In this document: positions 36,027-43,907 of the stretch, in pieces | How positions within the stretch are numbered: position 1 is the stretch's first letter | Layout: every line of letters starts with the position of its first letter | DNA from: Calcarisporiella thermophila CBS 279.70 | Taxonomy: Eukaryota > Fungi > Calcarisporiellomycota | Direction: 5' to 3' | Assembly: GCF_041956535.1 (NCBI RefSeq) | Contig: NW_027192212.1 | Location: forward strand, 508,426-552,332 | Length of the DNA: 43,907 bases | Translations under genes and position numbers: made by a program | The notes under the pieces: generated by a model | Databases searched by the model: none | Seen by the model: only the letters and a program-made list of their open reading frames with translations | Told to the model about the DNA's origin: nothing

Positions 36027-36704
36027 TTACTTCTTCTTCCCTTCTTTCTTCTTAATCGTCTCGTCGCCAACAAATATACCCTTCTGGTTATAGGGCTCCG
36101 GTGGCCGCCACCTCCGAATGCGAGCAGCAAACTCTTTCACCTGCTGCAAGTCTACCCCTTGCAGTACAATTCTATTGGGTTGTGGTACTGTACAGGTGAC
36201 TCCCTCCGGCACGGGTAGCTCGATAGGATGGGCATATCCAAGTTTTAAGGAAATTTTGTTAGCACCTTCCATAGTAGCACGGTATCCGACACCGACGAGA
36301 CGAAGAGCGACACGATGACCCTGCGTGACGCCTACTACAGAGTTGTGAATAAGGGCACGTGTAGTTCCCCACATGGCGCGCTGTTCCTTGATGGAAGGAT
36401 CTTGAACCCTAACTTGGAGTTTGTTACTTCCGCTCTCTTCCCCGCATTCATCGCCAAAGGCCAGCTGGACGAATGGCTTTATGGGGACGGTGTGTTTGCC
36501 GAGAGGACCTTCAATGTGTAATTGAGTGCAATTCCGCAGGCCCTGAGCTGATGGATTCAAGAGCGGCGTAGGATCATGGAGGATACGAACTTCAGATGGA
36601 TACGAAATTACTCGCCGTCCAATGTGCGATTGTGTGAAGGGAGTTGTGGAGAAGGGACGGGCCGATGTCGGTAGGCGGAAAAATTGCCGTAAATGTAATG
36701 CCAT
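36027..36704 (-). CDS. MRPL6: Mitochondrial ribosomal protein uL6m, intronless
   Basis: Arg/Ser-rich presequence, SHIGRR, GPLG, AMWGTTRALI, LRLVGVGYRA, LGYAHP, WRPPEPYNQKGI. Confidence 0.95.
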   Translation of the reverse strand: MALHLRQFFRLPTSARPFSTTPFTQSHIGRRVISYPSEVRILHDPTPLLNPSAQGLRNCTQLHIEGPLGKHTVPIKPFVQLAFGDECGEESGSNKLQVRVQDPSIKEQRAMWGTTRALIHNSVVGVTQGHRVALRLVGVGYRATMEGANKISLKLGYAHPIELPVPEGVTCTVPQPNRIVLQGVDLQQVKEFAARIRRWRPPEPYNQKGIFVGDETIKKKEGKKK

Positions 36705-36884
36705 GTGTGATGTATACTTGGAATAGGCCTCCTTCGTACCTCTCTAAATTAAGAGCTTTCGGTGGGCTCGAGAGTAAACAAAATTATAGAGGAGATTCAT
36801 AAGCCACTGGCAAAAGTAACAAAATTTTGGCTTCGCTCACTTTTTTAACCCTTAGATCACATAAAGAACGATTTAAACCACACC

Positions 36885-37266
36885 ATGTCGAAAACATCAA
36901 CCCCCGAATTGAAGAAGTAGGCGATCGCGAATCATGTTTACTCCTTCGATCCACACATATTACGCATACTAACCACTTAATTTTTCACAGATATATGGAT
37001 AAGCGCCTGTTTATCCAACTCAATGGATCGCGAAAAGTAACGGGGGTGCTCCGCGGTTATGACCCCTTCATGAACTTGGTGCTTGATGAATGTGTAGAAG
37101 AGACTTCGGAGGAAAAGCACAATATTGGAATGGTGGTGAGTAGAATTACATGTGTTAGAGATTTGCGGAATAAGGAACATAATCGGTTGATATATTCTAT
37201 CTCTCTCAATATTAGGTTATTCGCGGTAATAGCATCGTTATCATGGAGGCATTAGAGAGAATATAA
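36885..37266 (+). CDS. SMX2: Small nuclear ribonucleoprotein G (SmG), 3 exons
   Basis: [11 protein letters not shown]|[33 protein letters not shown]...IGMV|[16 protein letters not shown]. Confidence 0.95.
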
Positions 37267-37625
37267 TATGATCCGCTCTTTTATTAACATACTTTCTTCT
37301 TTTATCCTTTTCTTCTCCTTGTTTTTGTGCAAATAATAATGGAAACATTTTCTCCGCATATTGGCCTTGCTCCCATGAACCGTAAAAATTGACATGATTG
37401 TTAGGATTTCCAGGAATCCTATTCCAATTTTTTTTTTTCATTTTGCCAACACGCTTGAAGCAACTACTTGGCACTATGCTGGTTAGAACGAATTCTCCAA
37501 ATATTCAGAATAGTTGACTATAATGAAAAGAGTTGAATTGGATAGCCAAGCCACATGACCTATTTTTGCGGGGACTACGTCCATTGTTCGGATCCCCCCT
37601 CCATCTTAGAGCAACATACACAACC

Positions 37626-38286
37626 ATGTCCCGATCAGTAAGGTAGGCTAATACCAGATCGACTTTTTAAATGCTTTTATGCTGAGGGGCCTAAATTTTA
37701 TAACAGGCAGTCTCATTACAATCAAAATCTCAATCATCGCACTGCCCTTTTTGGAGAATCATCAACATCGGATCTAGGTGGCCGTCTTTCTCCTGCACCG
37801 CCATCAGGAGGCCGATATTCCCCCGCTCGACATGAAAGCCGTATTAATGACCGAGAACTTGACACATTGGAGAGTCAGAATGAAGAAAGAATCAAAGGGC
37901 TGCATGATAAAGTCAGCACACTTAAAAGTGTAGGTTAATGAAGGTTGGAAATGAGTCTCCATGTAGATGTACTAATAGATTAATGCCTATAATTTAGCTT
38001 ACTAGTTTGATAGGTGAAGAGATACGTGAGAGCAATAAGTTTCTTGATACGATGGTAATTTCCGTGATTATGTTTATTTCACCACTAGAGTAGCAGCACC
38101 TTTCCCTAATCTTCTTCATTCCTGTAATAGGGTGAGCAATTTCAAAATACGGGCACCATATTGAGTAGCACTATGACTCGCTTTAAGCGGATGGCTGCCC
38201 AGCAGAGTGGGTTCACTTTGTGCTATTTAATTCTCTTCCTTGTTTTTTCAATTATGTTCATGTACTATTTCTTCTTCAGGTGGTGA
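37626..38286 (+). CDS. BET1: Qc-SNARE Bet1-like tail-anchored protein, 4 exons (absent from the ORF track)
   Basis: Spliced product contains HRTALFG, LESQNEERIKGLHDKVSTLKS|LTSLIGEEIRESNKFLDTM|GEQFQNTGTILSSTMTRFKRMA and a C-terminal TM helix. Confidence 0.9.
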
Positions 38287-38499
38287 TGAGGGATGAATCT
38301 TTGTTTCTACTGTTGGATATAATGAGGGCCTTTTTTTTCTTCTTATAACTCCTCGTCAAACTCTCAAACCCTCAAGTACAAATGCTCCAGACGAAGCATC
38401 GCCTGTCTTCGAGAATCCAAGCCACATGAGTGGCAAACACTGGAAAATACAAATACGATTATTCTAGTTTCGTGACCTTCACGAATAAAGCAGAGTAAA

Positions 38500-40530
38500 A
38501 TGTTCAAGAAGCCGCCCTCCACGCTTAAAACCTTTAGCGTTCTCCGGTCATCCGAACAGCGCCGCTTTAGAGACGAACTTTCCAAAATTTACGCTGATCC
38601 TCCGCCTTTGTCAGAACAGTTGAAATCGGCCAAATTTTCAACCTACAATAATACACATGGAATCCTCTATACAACGACAGAAGGACACCCTGTGTGGGCA
38701 CGCATGAGAATAGACGAGAGAGATTATCTTGTTCCTACTGTGTATACACTATGGCAGGCACCAGTAATGTTGCCTCGAATCACAACTTGGCGACCGGTGC
38801 TAGGAAAGATGGAAGGAGGAGCCGATCTAATGATTCCAGGAGTTATTAGAGCAGAGTTGCCAGAGGTGGCTCAAGGGGATATGGTTGCCATCGCAATTAG
38901 GGGGAGCAGGTGATATCAACCTCTCATGTGTATTTGAGGAAATTTACGTGTAAGAATGCTATTAACTTTGGAACCTAATCTTAGATTCCCGATGGGTGTG
39001 GGTATTATGGTTGCATCATCAGTAGACATCCTACGAGGAGTGCGAGGAAAAGCTGTAAAAGTCATTCATGTATATAATGATCATTTGTGGGCTATGGGCG
39101 ACAAGTCGAAGCCGCCAGCGGAAGATCCCGTGGAGGAGAGCGGTGGAGGAGAAGAGTATAGGGAAGAGGAGGAGGGGGATGAGGAAGCTGACGAGGAACT
39201 AGCCGACGTGGAAGATGAGGGCGACAACTCTTCGGCTGCGATTGCGCAGATGCAAGGCGATGAGCCAACGAAGCCCTCCAAAACTACCGAGGAGATTGAC
39301 CGCCTTCTGCGCGAAGCATTTTACCAGGCGCTTCTTTTCAAGCTAACTCCCGAGAACGCCACAGAGCTTCTCCCTATGCCCGCATCCACCCTCTACTCCG
39401 CCTACATCCTGCCCTCTCGCTCGGATCAGGAGGTTGATGTGAAGCGGTCTAGCTATAAGAAGATGGCCAAGTTCTTAAAGGCGATGGATAAGAGCGGAGT
39501 AGTGAAGGTGAAGGAGCAGAGGGGTGAATCCTATTTGATGTCCGTCCACTGGAAACATGCCGAGTAAATCTTTGAATTACTGATAAAGCCGTTTGGCTGC
39601 GTTTGCTAACAAAAAGTATGTTTTCTTTTCTTTGACTCGATTAGCCTGGCGAATTTCACGCCGCATACCACGATTGAAGAACAGGCCACCACGCTGAGCC
39701 TGCCTCAGCACCAGCATGAAACCCACACCACAAAAGATGTGCTCCAACTCGTGGACCTCTATAAGCCCCACGGGTCAGCCGTCACGCTGATATTTGAGGA
39801 CCAGCAAAAAGAAAAGGATGCCCTGTACACGCACGCTGAGGCACGCTTGGTTTTGATGGGGTACGTGCAGAAACACGGATTAGCAGACCCCAAAAACCCA
39901 AGGTAATCCCCTCTGCGCCACTAGCCTATTTTTCTCGATGGATGTTGCTAATCTTGGTGAGGCCCCGATCTGGCGCCCGATAGATTCGTGTGCTTAGATG
40001 CATTGCTGCGCGAGGCACTCTTGAAAAAAGATGAGCTAAAGGGAGAGATTACGATTGATCGCCTGCCACGAGACCAGCTTATCCAAAGGTAACCCCTTGT
40101 CGAGGCTGAAACTGCCTCCTAGCCGTCTCACCAATACCATAACCCTTCTAGATTAGTTGACAAGATGCAGAACTGGCATCGGCTTATCGCGCCCAACAAG
40201 GAGCCCATTACTCGAAAGGGGTCCGCGCGTCCTGTACAAATTGCCGTACGCTTGCGACAGGGGCGCAAAACCGTGACGGAAATACGTGGAGTTGAGACGT
40301 TTGATCTATCCGTTAGCGAGCTCGCAGAGGACTTGAAGAAGATGTGCGCTAGTAGCGTGACGGTTCAGCCGGTGGCCAATGTGAGCCAAAAGGCCGGCGG
40401 GGCTGATAGGGGGGCGATGGAGGTGATGGTCCAGGGTCCTCAAACGAAGGCCGCGGTGGAGTGGTTAAGCGGGCGAGGCGTTCCTAAAAAATACATAGAA
40501 ATCAGCGATGCGAAGTCGAAAAAGAAATGA
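38500..40530 (+). CDS. TMA64: eIF2D / Tma64 / ligatin (PUA, SWIB, SUI1 domains), 5 exons
   Basis: MFKKP...LRSSEQRR, VPTVYTLW, GGADLMIPG, RGKAV...DHLW, DVKRSSYKKMAKFLK, RQGRKTVT...LAEDLKKMCASSVT...VMVQG. Confidence 0.92.
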
Positions 40531-40933
40531 TCCAGGATACCGTGAATCTCGGATTCCCTCTCCCTCTGACATCTGATCTTCTCGATATCTCTCGGTGATG
40601 TGCAGGCCATCCCCATCCATAATAAAAACACGGGCTTTTTCCCAAGTATAGAGCACATGCAGAGGGGGATTGCGTGCCCGAATTCGGGGCCAATCTTTTT
40701 TTAGCTTTGTGGTGTTCCTGGATTTCTAAAAAAAAAAAATGCATGTTGAAGCCTAGACAAGAGCTTACACAGAGAGAAACATGATGACACAAAGGAGGCC
40801 CCAATGGCCTGGTGGCCGCAGCAGCTGGCGGGCTGTGCAAAGGAGATCGGGAGCATTGTCGAGCAGGTTTCATCAGACTCTGCACCGCGCAATGATGTAA
40901 AAGCTCATAAAAGCTGTACTCGGAATTGATGGC

Positions 40934-41004
40934 TTAAAAATAGCTAAGGCTTCGAGACTTAATAAAGCTTATAGCTCCACCCGGCCAATCACCGCGCGCG
41001 AAAA
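40934..41004 (+). promoter_or_regulatory. Putative promoter module: MEF2/Rlm1-like site, CCAAT box, E2F/SCB-like CGCGAAA
   Basis: TTAAAAATAG at 40934-40943, CCAAT at 40985-40989, GCGCGAAAA at 40996-41004, upstream of a long pyrimidine-rich leader. Confidence 0.35.
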
Positions 41005-41392
41005 CTCAGCCGTTGAGCACAACTTTAATTCTGTGCAGAAGAAAGTCGCCTTCGGGCAATCCGGTTGCGTCTGCCCTTATTTTGCTTTCTCCCTCACCGG
41101 CGGCCGCTCTCCCTCTTCCTCCTCGCTCATCTCTCTCCCCCAATCTCTAGCAAAGCGGCGCTTTTCGCTTTCCCTTTCTCCCTCTCCCTCATAATCTCGC
41201 CTTACGGTCTTTACCCTCTCTCATCTAATCATATATCCTTACGCGTCTTTCTAGTATTCATCCGTCTGGCACGGCTCTAGTAGTTTCCATCATCCCTCTG
41301 ACCAACAATCATCCTCCTAATTCTCCTTGATACCAATCTCCATCTTTAATTCCCTGCCTAATTTACTTAAGCTACCAAAGTAATCCGTTAAA

Positions 41393-42754
41393 ATGCCTTA
41401 TGTTCCGTGGATCAACCTGAACAAGCGCATCGCATACGATGAGCAGATTCATGAATTCGCGGTCCTGGATGTGGAAGGCGCGCACCCTAAGAAACAGCAT
41501 GGCAAAAAGCATCATCACAAGGCTGAGCACAAGAAGCCACACCACAACGGGAACACGCATCACTCCAAAAAGCCCAGCCACCCCAACAGACACGTGTTTT
41601 CGATTGATGGCGAAGACCATCTCGGATTAGCGATTAAGCCCAAGAATTACGACAAGATAAAGCACGCGAAGAAGCATCCTAAGAAGCACAGCAAGGAGCA
41701 CAAGAAGCAGGCCAAAGGCGATGCACCTGCTGCGGCCAAACCCCCCAAGCAATCCCAGGTCGCGCCGTCTGCAGAGCCCGATTTTGTCGTTGAGAAGGAG
41801 GCGGACTCGAGCGGGCCGGCCCCCGCTGCCCAGGTCACCGAGCAGCAGCAGTCCGTGGTCGTGGCTCCTCCCCCCGCGCCCAGCAATGCCCAAGAGCTCA
41901 CCCCGCAACTCCCGGTGGCTAACCTGGGCTCCCCCCTCAACCCCGCCGTCCCCACCATCTCGTCCGCCCCATTCAGCGACCCCGCCACGCTCCCCACCGC
42001 TCAAGTGCAGTCCACGAGCAACACCGGAGCAATTGCCGGAGGCGTGTGCGCTGCCCTGGTTGTTGCCGGCGTGGCCGCCCTCTTCATCACCAAGAAGCTG
42101 CGCCGCACGTTCGGAGCCCGCGAAAACGAGGAGGACTTCACGCCAAAACAGCAGCCCCCTAAACCCTCGATGGCGAACGAGCGCCCCATGAACAAGAGCT
42201 TCGACATGCCCGCTCTGCGCGAGGTGCAGCCGTGGGACAATGCCTATGTGGACACCTCCATGATGGTGGCCCCGGCGGCCCCCGCCTCGGCTCTGGCCGA
42301 CTTGAGGAAGCAGGCCTACTCGGGCTACTTCGAGCCGGAAACGCGCGCCATCAGCATGTGGGGCAACGCGGCCCAGGAGAAGGAGGAAATCCCACCCCTG
42401 CCCGAGTTCCCGTTCGTGGAGAAGGAGCAGCAGCCCGAGGTGTACACCGTTGCCGTGCCTAAGCCGAGCATCAATGCCCCCGCGCCCCCTCCGCCTGCCC
42501 ACGCCACCACACCCACCCCCTCCGCCCTCCGAAGCCTGAACGGCGACCAGCTCACCCCTCAACTTCCCGAGGTGCGCGCCCCATCCTTTGTGTTCCCGAC
42601 GGAGGTGCTCTACAACACCTACTCCAGCGAAGAGATCGAACCCGAAAAACCCGCCTCCCCCACCCACGTCGAACCCGCACCCACTCCCGTCGTGATCATC
42701 ACGACCACAACAGCTGAGCAGAGTCGCTGGGAAACCGTCAGCCCGTCACATTAA
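41393..42754 (+). CDS. 453-aa single-pass membrane protein with His/Lys-rich N-terminus and Pro-rich regions, intronless
   Basis: Long ORF with strong G/C third-position bias; one TM helix AIAGGVCAALVVAGVAALFIT followed by KKLRR. Confidence 0.8.
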   Translation: MPYVPWINLNKRIAYDEQIHEFAVLDVEGAHPKKQHGKKHHHKAEHKKPHHNGNTHHSKKPSHPNRHVFSIDGEDHLGLAIKPKNYDKIKHAKKHPKKHSKEHKKQAKGDAPAAAKPPKQSQVAPSAEPDFVVEKEADSSGPAPAAQVTEQQQSVVVAPPPAPSNAQELTPQLPVANLGSPLNPAVPTISSAPFSDPATLPTAQVQSTSNTGAIAGGVCAALVVAGVAALFITKKLRRTFGARENEEDFTPKQQPPKPSMANERPMNKSFDMPALREVQPWDNAYVDTSMMVAPAAPASALADLRKQAYSGYFEPETRAISMWGNAAQEKEEIPPLPEFPFVEKEQQPEVYTVAVPKPSINAPAPPPPAHATTPTPSALRSLNGDQLTPQLPEVRAPSFVFPTEVLYNTYSSEEIEPEKPASPTHVEPAPTPVVIITTTTAEQSRWETVSPSH

Positions 42755-43365
42755 ACTGCGCCCCCTGACTCTTCCTCTTAATTCTCTCGATATCCCAAAA
42801 TTTTTAATCTAACATGATGACTATTTCTCCCCCTATCCATTCCTTTCTTGTTGGTCGTTCCTTTACTTTCCCGTGTTGTACGATGTTCTGCCCACTTGCC
42901 CCATTCCTCTCCTTTATTTCTTAATGTTCAAAGAAGTGTCCGCTTCAGATATTTTATTTTCAAACGTCGTTTTGATTGAAACTCTGCTAAAAGCAAGCAA
43001 ACTTGAGTTTACGTAGTATTTATCCCATATTTATTATATTAGTGTTCCCGTTTTTTTTTTTCTTTTTTTCTCTTCAGTAGAATAAACTAATAAATCCCTT
43101 TACTTGTTGATCGAGTAAAGACTTGCAGTTTGACATCTCCAGCGGAACATGATCTATTAAACCATAATGGCTGTGGAGTCAACGCCTGGCTTAGGATGGC
43201 TTTTAGATGTTAGAGGAGGGGTCACGGCTATTTAAGCTTATTGTATGTCTCTCTCTGCGTCGCTAAATGAGCTCTGTCCTCCAGTACCTTAACAATTGAT
43301 AAGGAGCAAATGAAAAAAACAGGTGAAGGATTTCTTGTAGCATGGTTTGAAAACATGCAATCATA

Positions 43366-43907
43366 TCACCACCACTCCATAGCTTCGTACTGATCAGTTA
43401 GGGGGGTTTGGGTGAACTTTCAACTGAATAAGGGAATTCATTGCTTACTTACTACGTCCCCGATGGCTTGTTCTACCATTTCGATGTCTTGGGGGGATAG
43501 GCGCCTGCGGAAGTCTCCCGAGATAACCGCGTCTTCCAGGCCCGGGTGGCTGAGGCGATGTTCTTCTCTCAGCTCGGCAGTTGGGAAGGGTTTGGCACAT
43601 CCTTCACAGAAGAATTTATCTGCCGTATCGTTCGGGATGTCCTGTTCCTCTGGGTCTGGGGCGCTACACTGTCTCTTGTGTGCTGTCATATTTGACGACT
43701 GGCACGTTTCGAATGGGCACGTCGGTCGAGGGCAGCAGAATATAGGCCGAAGTTTGACCGAGTGTTTCGTCGATACGTGGCGGACTAGGCTCTGCAAATC
43801 TGCCAAGGTGTCGGAGTAGTGGCTCACAAATGGGCATGGGAGCCGGGCCTTGGTGGGGTGTACTCGATAGTCGAGGGACTTTCCCCCTGCTGGGATGCTG
43901 TTTCCCG
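43366..43907 (-). CDS. Zinc-finger protein (C2H2/C2HC), 5'-partial; probable last intron 43452-43390 and terminal exon YEAMEWW
   Basis: Frame is open to the window edge; CPRPTC...HKRQC and CEGC...HRLSH fingers; GTAAGT...CTAAC...CAG intron precedes a short final exon. Confidence 0.65.

Noticed and set aside
41233-41242. ATATCCTTAC as a possible AT-AC minor intron donor in a 5' leader
   Set aside because: No matching CCTTAAC branch point and AC acceptor downstream.
41627-42667. 346-aa Gly-rich minus-strand ORF
   Set aside because: Antisense mirror of the high-GC3 plus-strand gene, where lack of stops is expected.
43366-43907. Zinc-finger ORF as a transposon or retroelement protein
   Set aside because: No transposase, RT or integrase motifs or terminal repeats visible; it has an ordinary spliceosomal intron.

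Overview
Gene-dense, intron-rich fungal genomic DNA (mostly 55-90 nt GT-AG introns with CTAAC/CTAAT branch points, short intergenic spacers). The class IV chitin synthase, HIS6, MET8, ERF4 and kanadaptin content fits an early-diverging fungus; the lineage is an inference. From about 3.6 kb to the end the window is mostly housekeeping genes: universal stress protein, class IV chitin synthase, MED7, MET8-type siroheme synthase, a C2/MUN protein, TM9SF/EMP70, kanadaptin, ubiquitin-eL40, ERF4, glyoxylate reductase, a TBC1D5-like Rab GAP, HIS6, UTP18, MRPL6, SmG, BET1, eIF2D/TMA64, a His/Lys-rich single-pass membrane protein and a 5'-partial zinc-finger gene. BET1 and a spliced 150-aa orphan gene are not recoverable from the ORF track alone. 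The most unusual region is the first 2.7 kb. It holds two paralogous, intronless 61-aa microprotein genes ('MPNIF' peptides) whose codon divergence indicates purifying selection, with a possible third basic microprotein between them. Their conserved-variable-conserved layout recalls cyclic-peptide (RiPP) precursors, but that is a hypothesis and no maturation enzyme is visible in the window. Other oddities are a vestigial methyltransferase domain on MET8, a structured 5'UTR intron in RPL40, a GC-AG intron in MED7 and possible multi-compartment targeting of glyoxylate reductase. I recognised no rRNA, tRNA, CRISPR array or intact mobile element.
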